47,243 nt of DNA from positions 1 to 47,243 of the forward strand of contig JBOHUX010000001.1 in assembly GCA_050734915.1 (NCBI GenBank), read 5' to 3'. Position 1 is the stretch's first letter; each line of letters opens with the position of its first letter. This DNA comes from Candidatus Dormibacteraceae bacterium (GTDB lineage Bacteria > Chloroflexota > Dormibacteria > Dormibacterales > Dormibacteraceae). Shown piece by piece: positions 1 through 7,840 of the stretch. Below the pieces are notes generated by a model that saw nothing but the letters and a program-made list of their open reading frames with translations, searched no databases and had not been told where the DNA came from. Position numbers and translations under genes: made by a program.

Positions 1-1321
1 GGTCTCGGTAGCCCACGAATTCGGAGCGCGGCATCTCGCGGACCTCGTCCCAAGGTCCGCTGAACGGGGAGCGCGAGCGCGCCCGCTGGGCGGCCATGGC
101 GGCCTCGAAGGCCTCCATGTCCACACTCAGCGACTGCTCCTGGGCGAGCTCCCGGGTGAGGTCGATCGGAAATCCGAAGGTGTCGTGGAGCTTGAACGCC
201 TCCTCCCCGGGAATCATCTGTCCGTGGCGCGCGGCCACGCGCTCGAAGAGCTCCATTCCCTCCTCCAGCGTCCGCCCGAAGCGATCCGACTCGGCGGCGA
301 CCGCCTCCTCGATCAGCCGCCGGCGCTGGTCCAGTTCCGGGTACTGGTCCTTCACGAGGTCGACCGCGATCCCGGCGCCGGCCGCGACCGTCCCCCTCAT
401 CCCCGTCCGGCGGGCATGGAGCACGGCTCTGCGAATGAGGCGGCGCAGCACGTATCCACGCCCTTCGTTGCCGGGCAGGACTCCATCGGCGATCAGAAAG
501 GTCATCGCACGGAGGTGGTCGGCGACCACGCGCTGGGAGAGCCCGCGCCCCTCGCGAGCATCGGCGGCGAACGCGACCAAGGGCGCCAGGAGGTCGGTCT
601 CGAAGACGGTGTCCGCGCCCTGGAGGACGCTCGCCATGCGCTCCAGGCCCATCCCGGTATCGACGGCCGGCCTCGGCAGCGGCGGCAGGCTCCCGTCCGC
701 CTGGCGGTCGAACTCGGGGAAGACGAGGTTCCAGATCTCGACGAACCGGCCGCAGTGGTCGGGCCGGCACTCGGGCTCAGGCCGCCCGCAGCCATGCTCG
801 GGACCCCTGTCGTACCAGAGCTCCGAGTCGGCGCCGCAGGGCCCACGCTCGAGTCCCCACCAGTTGGTGGGGTCCTGGTGGACCCACTCAGCCGGGACGC
901 CCACAGCCTCGATCCAGATCCGGCGCGCCTCCTCGTCGGTGGGGTGGGTGGTGACCCGCAGCCTCGCCGCCGGGATCCCGAACGGACCCGTCACCAGCTC
1001 CCAGGCCCAGGGGATGGCGCGCGCCTTGAAGTAGTCGCCCGTGGGCGCGAAGTTGCCCATCATCTCGAAGAAGGTGAGGTGCCGGTCGGTGCGTCCCACC
1101 TCCTCGATGTCGTCGGTTCGAAGGCACTTCTGCGCGCTGGCGAGACGGGGCGCGGGCGGCTCCTCGAGGCCGCGGTAATAGGGCTGGAGCGGCTGCATCC
1201 CGGCGGAGTTGAAGAGCGTCGTCGGATCGCCCTGCGGCACCAGCGGCGCGCTGGGCAGGATCAGATGCTCCCGGCTTGCGAAGTGCTCTAGAAAGCGTCT
1301 ACGAATCTCATGCCCGGTCAT
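1..1321 (-). CDS. alaS: Alanine--tRNA ligase, N-terminal part (gene continues beyond the window start)
   Basis: Absent from the ORF track because no stop lies in the window. My own reverse-strand translation from ATG 1321..1319 gives MTGHEIRRRFLEHFASREHLILPSAPLVPQGDPTTLFNSAGMQPLQPYY...QKCLRTDDIEEVGRTDRHLTFFEMMGNF...DTGMGLERMASVLQG, the AlaRS catalytic-core signature. GC3 is high in this frame. Confidence 0.9.
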   Translation of the reverse strand, partial: MTGHEIRRRFLEHFASREHLILPSAPLVPQGDPTTLFNSAGMQPLQPYYRGLEEPPAPRLASAQKCLRTDDIEEVGRTDRHLTFFEMMGNFAPTGDYFKARAIPWAWELVTGPFGIPAARLRVTTHPTDEEARRIWIEAVGVPAEWVHQDPTNWWGLERGPCGADSELWYDRGPEHGCGRPEPECRPDHCGRFVEIWNLVFPEFDRQADGSLPPLPRPAVDTGMGLERMASVLQGADTVFETDLLAPLVAFAADAREGRGLSQRVVADHLRAMTFLIADGVLPGNEGRGYVLRRLIRRAVLHARRTGMRGTVAAGAGIAVDLVKDQYPELDQRRRLIEEAVAAESDRFGRTLEEGMELFERVAARHGQMIPGEEAFKLHDTFGFPIDLTRELAQEQSLSVDMEAFEAAMAAQRARSRSPFSGPWDEVREMPRSEFVGYRD

Positions 1322-1448
1322 CGGCGGGATGGCCACAGTCTAGATGAGTGAGGAAAGAACACACCGAGTCTTCCTTGGCCGTGGGCCATCGCCCATCCGG
1401 ACGGGCGATCCCGAGGTGGCCGGACGTTCGGGCCGCGGGGGGTCGCGA

Positions 1449-2225
1449 TCAGGCCGATTCGTTGGGGACCAGTTGACGCAGCTGTTCCAGGGCCGCCCGC
1501 TGCAGCCGGGAGACATGCATCTGGGAGATGCCCAGGCGCTTGGCGATCTCGGATTGCGACATCTCGTCGTAGAAGCGCATGGCCATGATCGACTGCTCGC
1601 GGGGCGTCAGGTGGGCCATCGCCCGTTGGAGCACGTCCCGCATCTCGACCCGCGCGAGATCGGGATCCTCACCGCCGATCGACTCCGAGAGCTGGCGACC
1701 GCCCTCGTCCCCCTCCCCGCCGACCGCGCTGTCGATGGAGATCGGCGTGTGGGCGGGGCTCATCTCCATCGCCTCCAGCACGTCGTCGGCGGAGACCTTG
1801 AGCCGCTCGGCGATCTCGGCCACGGTCGGCTGGCGGTTGAACTCGATCTTCAGCTCCTCGTTGATCCTGATCACCGACTGGTAGAGCTCCTGCAGCCGGC
1901 GGGGGAACCGGATCGCCCAGCCCTTGTCCCGGAAGTAGCGCTTGATCTCGCCGTAGACGGTGGGGGTGGCGAAGGTCGTGAACTCGAAGCCGCGGCCGAC
2001 ATCGAAGCGCTCGATGGCCTTGATGAGGCCGAGGAACCCGACCTGGGCGATGTCCTCGAGGGGCTCGCCGCGGTTCTGGAACTTCCTCGCGATGAAGTAG
2101 ACGAGGCTGGAGTAGGAGTCCACCAGCTGCTCGCGGATGCGGTCCTTCTCCGCCGGATCGACGGCCTGCTGGTAGCGCGCGTGCAGACGGCGGAGCTCCT
2201 CCCGAGGGAGGCGTGTCTCGCTCAA
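1449..2225 (-). CDS. Group-3 sigma-70 factor of the SigB/SigF/SigG type
   Basis: 258 aa with a TTG start. Region 2 (DIAQVGFLGLIKAIERFD, TFATPTVYGEIKRYFRD) and the region 4 HTH (SQSEIAKRLGISQMHVSRLQ) are recognisable. It lies 13 nt downstream of an RsbW-like gene. Confidence 0.9.
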   Translation of the reverse strand: MSETRLPREELRRLHARYQQAVDPAEKDRIREQLVDSYSSLVYFIARKFQNRGEPLEDIAQVGFLGLIKAIERFDVGRGFEFTTFATPTVYGEIKRYFRDKGWAIRFPRRLQELYQSVIRINEELKIEFNRQPTVAEIAERLKVSADDVLEAMEMSPAHTPISIDSAVGGEGDEGGRQLSESIGGEDPDLARVEMRDVLQRAMAHLTPREQSIMAMRFYDEMSQSEIAKRLGISQMHVSRLQRAALEQLRQLVPNESA

Positions 2226-2238
2226 TCTGGGGCAAACG

Positions 2239-2694
2239 CTACCCGATCAGGTACTTGACCATCCGGTATCGGACCTGCCCGGCACCGGTGTCGAGCTGGG
2301 AGGTGAAGTCGTCCACGAACATCCGGATCATCTGCTGGGCGATCCGGCGAGCCTCCTCGTCCCGAGCCGCGGCGGGCGGCCGCGGGAGCGCCTGCGGGGA
2401 CCGCGGTCCCAGCGCGTGGACCTCGACCTCGAGCCCCCGCCCGCTGGCGCCGAAGGTGAGCTTGAGCGAGCCGCCCTCGCCGAACGCCTCGCAGGCGACC
2501 TCGATGGCGGAGTCGCAGGCCTGCGCGACCGCGATGCCGAGCTCGTCGAGGTCGTCGAGCGAGAAGCCGATCAGGCTCCCGAGGGTGACGGCGAGGCGCC
2601 GGGCGACCGGGATGTAGCCCGGCTCGGCGGGGATCTTGAGCTCCGCCAGGCTGGTGCCGACCGGCTGGGCGGCTGGGCGCCGGACGGGAGCCAT
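2239..2694 (-). CDS. RsbW-like anti-sigma factor with degenerate (kinase-dead) HATPase fold
   Basis: 151 aa. ELKIPAEPGYIPVARRLAVTLGSLIGFSLDDLDELGIAVAQACDSAIEVA aligns with the B. subtilis RsbW N-terminus ([50 protein letters not shown]). The N-box E/N are Q/S and no DxGxG or GxGxG motif is visible. Its start overlaps the YtxH stop (TGATG). Confidence 0.75.
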   Translation of the reverse strand: MAPVRRPAAQPVGTSLAELKIPAEPGYIPVARRLAVTLGSLIGFSLDDLDELGIAVAQACDSAIEVACEAFGEGGSLKLTFGASGRGLEVEVHALGPRSPQALPRPPAAARDEEARRIAQQMIRMFVDDFTSQLDTGAGQVRYRMVKYLIG

Positions 2695-3089
2695 CAGGCG
2701 CCTTCCCCCTGCCGCTCGGGGGCGGGCTGAACCGGCCGTTCCGGCGGTTCCGGCGTTGCCTGGTCCGGTTCCGGCGCCGGTGGCGCCGAGGCCTTCAGGT
2801 CGAGACCCAGCTCACCGCGCCGGCGCCGGGCGGCGTCGACGCCGTCGTGGATCGCCCTCCCCAGCGGGTGCCCGGGATCCCGCACCGCGCCCCGCGCCCG
2901 CCCCGCCGCCTCTCGTGCCCGAGCCCTCAGCTCGTCGGTCCTCCCGGTCAGCTCGATGGTCCGGCTGCGCAGGGTCTCGACCTGCTCCCGGCCCGGTCCG
3001 GTGGCCAGGTAGGCACCGGCGAGGAACCCGATCACGGCGCCCAGCATCAAGCCCCAGCCGAATCCGCCCTCACGGTTCTCGCCAGCCAT
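2694..3089 (-). CDS. YtxH-domain general stress protein
   Basis: Uses the frame of track ORF 2694..3257. I place the start at ATG 3089, with GAGGAG 7 nt upstream. It has an N-terminal hydrophobic helix (GFGWGLMLGAVIGFLAGAYLATGPGREQ) followed by a charged helical region typical of YtxH. Confidence 0.7.
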   Translation of the reverse strand: MAGENREGGFGWGLMLGAVIGFLAGAYLATGPGREQVETLRSRTIELTGRTDELRARAREAAGRARGAVRDPGHPLGRAIHDGVDAARRRRGELGLDLKASAPPAPEPDQATPEPPERPVQPAPERQGEGA

Positions 3090-3120
3090 CAAGGATCTCC
3101 TCAGCGCCGGATGGACTCGT

Positions 3121-3483
3121 CTACTCGCCGGGGGTGGCCGCCGAGACCGAATGCCAGAGGCTGCGGGCGGCGACGGCCACGCCGTGGGACCAGGCGCGGG
3201 CGTCGGCCGCCCGGCCCCGCAGGCCGCTCTGGAGCCGGCCTCCCAGGTCCTCGACACCGGTCCCCGCCGCGTGAATCGCCACGTTCACCCCCGCCGTGAT
3301 GTCATTGACGTTGCCGAGGCTCTCTCGGACCTCGGGCAGAACCTGACGCATCTCCGAGGTCCCGAGGACGACCATCTCCTCGATCGCCGCCAGCGTCCTA
3401 CCCAGGCGCAGCAGAACGCCCACCAGAGCCAGCGCCACCAGGAGAGCCGCGATCCCGAAGGCCAGGAACATGAAGTTCTGCAA
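3121..3483 (-). CDS. DUF948-type membrane-anchored stress protein
   Basis: 120 aa. It has an N-terminal TM helix (FLAFGIAALLVALALVGVLLRL) followed by a helical segment (GRTLAAIEEMV...VRESLGNVNDITAGVN). DUF948 commonly pairs with YtxH. The start is TTG 3483 or ATG 3471. Confidence 0.65.
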   Translation of the reverse strand: MQNFMFLAFGIAALLVALALVGVLLRLGRTLAAIEEMVVLGTSEMRQVLPEVRESLGNVNDITAGVNVAIHAAGTGVEDLGGRLQSGLRGRAADARAWSHGVAVAARSLWHSVSAATPGE

Positions 3484-3489
3484 GGTTCG

Positions 3490-3516
3490 TTACCCCTGGA
3501 ATGGCCGGGTTCAAAC
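3490..3516 (-). promoter_or_regulatory. SigB/SigF-type promoter candidate, GTTTGA-N15-GGGTAA
   Basis: The reverse strand reads cacGTTTGAacccggccattccagGGGTAAcgaaccTTG. The -35 lies at 3516..3511 and the -10 at 3495..3490, immediately upstream of the DUF948-YtxH-antisigma-sigma gene string. Confidence 0.55.
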
Positions 3517-3554
3517 GTGCCGCGTGCCGGCGTCGACGCGGCGGTGGGGAAATC

Positions 3555-3839
3555 TTATCCATCCCCGATCGAGTCCTCGGCATGACGGCCGCGCCTCGTG
3601 GCCGGCCACCGTCCCGCCAGCGAGCGCAGCGCCACCGCGAAGACGACGCCGGGCAGAAGATTCAGATCCCCGAGGCCGATGCCGGGCAGGCCGATCACCC
3701 TCCACAGCTGTCCGAGTCCGATGCCGGCGGCGGTCAGGAGGAGCACGGCGACGTATCCACCTCCCCAACGCAGCAGCGAGTAGAGGAGCTGCGACAGGAT
3801 CAGGATCACGAGCAGCGCCGAGATCAGGTCCGGCGGCAT
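3555..3839 (-). CDS. Small hypothetical membrane protein (about 3 TM helices)
   Basis: 94 aa with an ATG start and TAA stop. GC3 is high in this frame and hydrophobic stretches are present (ISALLVILILSQLLYSLL, YVAVLLLTAAGIGLG, LLPGVVFAVAL). I recognise no family. Confidence 0.5.
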   Translation of the reverse strand: MPPDLISALLVILILSQLLYSLLRWGGGYVAVLLLTAAGIGLGQLWRVIGLPGIGLGDLNLLPGVVFAVALRSLAGRWPATRRGRHAEDSIGDG

Positions 3840-4116
3840 CGGCTCGGACGACGTGGTGGATTGCTGGGCATGATCGTGGGAGATCGGATGCTCCCGCTGG
3901 GACCCCGGGTCGCTTGGGTTGTCCTGAAAACTCAGGTGGGTCCCCCGCCTCCGGCCTGTTCCACGTCCCCTGGACGGGGCCTGCGGTCAGCCGGCGGACT
4001 GAAGAGGTCCCTTTGCGGTAGCTGTTGGGCAACGCGCATTAGAATCCACGGCCCGACGGGAGCCGCTCAATGATACCCGCCGCCCGGAACGCCAAAACGC
4101 GCAGCCGGCTACTTCC

Positions 4117-5871
4117 CTAGGTGCCGGGCGGGGGTGGCCGGAGGGCCAGACGGAGCTCGTCCAACTGCTCCGGATCGACGGGGGCGGGCGCACCCATCAT
4201 CAGATCGGTCATGGACTGGGTCTTGGGAAACGCGATCACATCGCGGATGTTGTCGGTCCCGCCCAGCATCATCACCACCCGGTCGAGACCCCAGGCGATG
4301 CCGCCGTGGGGAGGCACCCCGTAGGTGAACGCCTCGAGCAGCATCCCGAACCGCTCCCGGGCCGTCTCGGCCGGCATCCCCAGGAAGCCGAATACCCGCT
4401 CCTGCAGCTCCGGGTCATAGATCCGGAGGCTGCCCCCGCCCAGCTCGTAGCCGTTGCAGACGATGTCGTACGCGTGTGCGCGGACGTGGTAGGGCCGGTC
4501 GTCCACAAAGGCGAGGTCCTCCGCCACCGGCCGCGTGAAGGGATGGTGGGCGTACGTGAGCCTGCCCTGGTCATCCTCGTCGAAGAGGTAGGTGGGGTTG
4601 ATCCAGAGGAACCTCCACTCCGCCTCCCGCACCAGCCGCCGCCGGCGCGCGATCTCGGAGCGGACGAGCCCCATGGCAGTCTCGGCGCGGCGGCGCTTAT
4701 CGGCGACGAGGAGCACGAGATCCGGCCCCAACGCCCCCGTCGCGCGCCGGATCCCGGCCAGCTCGTCCTCGGTCAGGAACTTGTCGAGCGGCCCCGGCAG
4801 CCAGGCGAGCCCCTTCCCGCCCGCGCCGCGCACGACCGTGCCCAGCTCGTCGAGCTCCCGGCGGCTGAGGTCGGCACCGCCCGGGACGGCCAGGCCCCGG
4901 ACCACGCCTCCCTCCTCGAGCGCGTCCCTCAGCACCCGGGCCCGCGTCGCGGCGAGCACGCCGCCCAGGTCGGCGATCTCCAGCTCGTATCGGAGGTCCG
5001 GCTTGTCGGTGCCGTAGCGCAGCAGCGACTCCTTGATGTCGAGGCGCGGGAACGGCAGCGGAAGCTCGACGTCGAGGACCTCCTTCCAGAGCCGGGCGAG
5101 CAGCCCCTCGATGAGGGCGAAGACGTCCTCCTCGTCGCAGAACGACATCTCCACGTCGAGCTGCGTGAACTCCGGCTGCCGGTCCGCGCGCAGGTTCTCG
5201 TCGCGGAAGCACCGTGCGATCTGGTAGTAGCGCTGCACCCCCGCCACCATGAGCAGCTGCTTCAGGACCTGGGGCGCCTGCGGCAGCGCGTAGAAGCTGC
5301 CCGGCTGGATCCGGGAGGGAACCAGGAAGTCGCGGGCGCCGGAGGGCGAGGTCTTGGCCAGGATCGGCGTCTCGACCTCGATGAAGTCCCGCTCCTCCAG
5401 GTGGCGCCGGACGGTGCGGTTGACCCGGCTCCGCAGCTCCAGCATGCGCTGCATCGAGGGCCGCCTCAGGTCCAGATAGCGGTACCTGAGGCGCGTCTTC
5501 TCGTCCGCCTGCACATCGTCGTCGATCGGGAATGGCGGCGGCGCGCTGGCGGAGATGACCTCCAGTTCGGTGCCGTGGACCTCGACCTCGCCCGTCGGCA
5601 GGTGGGGATTCTCCGCCCCCGCCGGGCGCCGCTCCACCACGCCCCGCACGCGGACCACGTACTCGGCCCGGAGCTCCTGGGCCAGGGCGTGGGCGCCCGG
5701 CGCCTGCTCGGGGTTGAAGACGGCCTGGGCCACCCCCCATCGATCGCGGATGTCGATGAAGATGAGGCCCCCGTGGTCGCGCCGGCGTCCGACCCAGCCG
5801 TAGAGCTCGATCTCCCGCCCCGCGTCCGTGGCGCGCAGCGATCCGCAGCGGGGCGCGCCGTATCCGCTCAA
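4117..5871 (-). CDS. aspS: Aspartate--tRNA ligase
   Basis: This is the C-terminal 584 aa of track ORF 4117..7269. It shows RCGSLRATDAGREIELYGWV (OB fold), FYALPQAPQVLKQLLMVAG, QIARCFRDENLRADRQPEFTQLD (motif 2) and GGGSLRIYDPE...PPHGGIAWGLDR (motif 3). I place the start at TTG 5871, which overlaps the hisS stop (TTGA). Confidence 0.9.
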   Translation of the reverse strand: MSGYGAPRCGSLRATDAGREIELYGWVGRRRDHGGLIFIDIRDRWGVAQAVFNPEQAPGAHALAQELRAEYVVRVRGVVERRPAGAENPHLPTGEVEVHGTELEVISASAPPPFPIDDDVQADEKTRLRYRYLDLRRPSMQRMLELRSRVNRTVRRHLEERDFIEVETPILAKTSPSGARDFLVPSRIQPGSFYALPQAPQVLKQLLMVAGVQRYYQIARCFRDENLRADRQPEFTQLDVEMSFCDEEDVFALIEGLLARLWKEVLDVELPLPFPRLDIKESLLRYGTDKPDLRYELEIADLGGVLAATRARVLRDALEEGGVVRGLAVPGGADLSRRELDELGTVVRGAGGKGLAWLPGPLDKFLTEDELAGIRRATGALGPDLVLLVADKRRRAETAMGLVRSEIARRRRLVREAEWRFLWINPTYLFDEDDQGRLTYAHHPFTRPVAEDLAFVDDRPYHVRAHAYDIVCNGYELGGGSLRIYDPELQERVFGFLGMPAETARERFGMLLEAFTYGVPPHGGIAWGLDRVVMMLGGTDNIRDVIAFPKTQSMTDLMMGAPAPVDPEQLDELRLALRPPPPGT

Positions 5872-7136
5872 GTGGGCGCTCCCAGGCGCCCGGGGAGGTC
5901 GTCCCAGGCCACCTCCGCCTGCTCGCCCGCCACCATCTCGCGCAACTGGACGACCCTGCGCGCCGCCTCCTCGGCGCCCACCAGCACCACCCAGCGGACG
6001 CCGAGACGGTTCGCCGACCGCATCTTCGCCCTCAGGCTGCGGTTCGAGTAGTCCACGATCGCCGGTGCCGAGCGCCGGCAAACGCGGGCGATGGCGGCCG
6101 CCGCGGCGCTCAGGCCGGCCCCGTCGGTCAGGACGAGGATGGCCGCCGCCGATGCCCCGGGGGCCTGGCCGCCGTTCTCGGCGACGGCCGCCATGACCCG
6201 CTCGATTCCCGCCGCGAAGCCCACGGCGGGGATGTCGGGGTAGCCCAGTTCCCTGGCCAGGCCGTCGTAGCGGCCGCCGCCTCCGAGCGCGCTCTGGGCG
6301 CCGGCGGGATCGGCCGGCCAGATCTCGAAGGTCGTCCGCGAGTAATAGTCGAGCCCGCGCACCAGCTCGGAATTGAGGACGTGCGGAATGCCCGCCCCGT
6401 CCAGCAGGGAACGGACCTCGGCGAAGGCTTCCGCGCAGGGGGCGCAGAGATTGTCGACGATCTTGGGTGCGTCGCGCTTCCAGACCTGGTCCCGCTCCTC
6501 CTTGCAATCGAACATCCGCAGCGGGTTCAGCTCCAACCTCGCCTGGCAATCGGGGCAGAGGCGGTCCTTGAGGGGCCGGTAATAGGCCAGCAGGGCCTCC
6601 CGGTAGGCGGGCCGGCAATCGCCGTCGCCGATGCTGTTGATCTGCAGCGTGATCTCGCCCACCCCCAGGGCGGCCAACCACCGCCAGGCGATCTCGATGA
6701 TCTCGGCGTCGACCGCCGGGGATCCATCGCCGAGGGCCTCGACGTCGAGTTGGTGGAACTCCCGGTAGCGGCCCGCCTGGGGGCGCCCATAGCGGAACAT
6801 GGGTCCGATCAGCCAGAGGCGGGCTGGCTGGGGGCCCTGGTTGAGACCCCCCTGGAAGTAGGCGCGGACCACCCCCGCTGTCGCCTCCGGGCGCAGCACC
6901 AGCCGGCGACCGCCGCGGTCCTCGAAGCGGTACATCTCCTTCTGGACCACATCGGTGGACTCCCCCACGCGCTCGACCAGCGCCGCCGGCTCGATGATGG
7001 GGACCTCGATCTCGCGGTAGCCGTACGACGTCACCAGGCGCCGGGTGACGCGCTCCGCCTCCCTCCAGGCGGCGAGCTCGTCGGGCAGGATGTCGCGCAC
7101 GCCGCGGGCAGCACGTATGGGCTGGGTGGTGGGCAC
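5868..7136 (-). CDS. hisS: Histidine--tRNA ligase
   Basis: 422 aa with a GTG start. Diagnostic stretches are RGVRDILPDE, MYRFEDRGGRRLVLRPEATAGVVRAY, FRYGRPQAGRYREFHQLDVE and GGGGRYDGL. Confidence 0.95.
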   Translation of the reverse strand: MPTTQPIRAARGVRDILPDELAAWREAERVTRRLVTSYGYREIEVPIIEPAALVERVGESTDVVQKEMYRFEDRGGRRLVLRPEATAGVVRAYFQGGLNQGPQPARLWLIGPMFRYGRPQAGRYREFHQLDVEALGDGSPAVDAEIIEIAWRWLAALGVGEITLQINSIGDGDCRPAYREALLAYYRPLKDRLCPDCQARLELNPLRMFDCKEERDQVWKRDAPKIVDNLCAPCAEAFAEVRSLLDGAGIPHVLNSELVRGLDYYSRTTFEIWPADPAGAQSALGGGGRYDGLARELGYPDIPAVGFAAGIERVMAAVAENGGQAPGASAAAILVLTDGAGLSAAAAAIARVCRRSAPAIVDYSNRSLRAKMRSANRLGVRWVVLVGAEEAARRVVQLREMVAGEQAEVAWDDLPGRLGAPT

Positions 7137-7198
7137 CCGCCGATTGTAAGTTCCGTCGGCCTTTGGACCTTCTGACGCCGGTGGCGCAGCACGAGCCT

Positions 7199-7840
7199 CT
7201 AAAGGGGCGGCAGGTCCTGGAGGAAAGGGTTGAGGCGCCGCTCGCGGCCGACGGTGCTCGGCGGGCCATGGCCGCTCATGACCACCAGATCGTCCTCGAG
7301 GGGCAGGAGCTTGGCGCCGATGGAGCTGAGCAGCGTCCCCCTGTCGCCACCCGGCAGGTCCGTGCGTCCGACCGAGCCCGCGAAGAGCGCGTCCCCGGTG
7401 AAGAGCACGTTCCCGTTCCGGAGCGTGACGCCGCCGGGACTGTGGCCGGGCGTGTCGAGGACCTGGAAGGCGAGGGAACCGGCGCGGTACTCCTCCCCCT
7501 CCCCCAGCCTGGCCACGTTCTCGATCGGATCCCCCTGATACGGAAGGGCCTCTCCTCGCAGGGAGGTGCCCCGGACGACGTGTTCCCGCTCGGCGTCGTG
7601 GACCGCGACGGGCACCTCGAACTCCCGGAGCAGGCGGGGCAGCCCCGCCACGTGGTCCAGGTCTGTGTGTGTGAGCAGGATGGCGCGGACCTTCACGCCG
7701 CGCGCAAGCGCCAGCTCCAGCACCGCCTCCGGCTCCAGGTTGGCGTCCACGATGACGGCATCCCCGGTCTCATCGTCCTCGACCAGGTAGGAGTTGGTGC
7801 CGAACCGGGCGTCGGCGGTGACGTGGACCCGGACCGTCAC
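7199..7840 (-). CDS. MBL-fold metallo-hydrolase (glyoxalase-II-like)
   Basis: 213 aa with a GTG start overlapping the rel stop (GTGA). Motifs seen are LTHTDLDHVAG, TPGHSPG, FTGDALF and SGHG. It sits between rel and hisS. Confidence 0.85.
   Translation of the reverse strand: MTVRVHVTADARFGTNSYLVEDDETGDAVIVDANLEPEAVLELALARGVKVRAILLTHTDLDHVAGLPRLLREFEVPVAVHDAEREHVVRGTSLRGEALPYQGDPIENVARLGEGEEYRAGSLAFQVLDTPGHSPGGVTLRNGNVLFTGDALFAGSVGRTDLPGGDRGTLLSSIGAKLLPLEDDLVVMSGHGPPSTVGRERRLNPFLQDLPPL

Noticed and set aside
3506-3516. GGGTTCAAAC, which resembles a tRNA T-loop.
   Set aside because: The flanking bases cannot form a T-stem, acceptor stem or anticodon arm. The sequence is better explained as the -35 (GTTTGA on the reverse strand) of the SigB-type promoter.
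3870-4073. A 68-codon plus-strand ORF (MIVGDRMLPLG...) in the large spacer.
   Set aside because: Its third-position GC is clearly lower than in the real genes of this window. It has no ribosome-binding site and no recognisable family.
4306-6051. A 581-aa plus-strand ORF. Similar long ORFs occur at 10087..11208 (-), 16136..17464 (-), 17172..18593 (-), 18289..20295 (+), 22892..23911 (-), 35938..37122 (-), 36450..37889 (+), 39502..40884 (-), 44300..45724 (+) and 45732..47126 (-).
   Set aside because: All are antisense or out of frame relative to genes with strong family signatures. All encode Arg/Gly/Pro/Ala-rich low-complexity products.
4117-7269. A 1050-aa minus-strand ORF apparently fusing hisS and aspS territory.
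   Set aside because: Only the last 584 aa are AspRS. The upstream part runs through hisS in a different frame and is Arg/Pro/Gly-rich. The true aspS start is taken as TTG 5871, overlapping the hisS stop.
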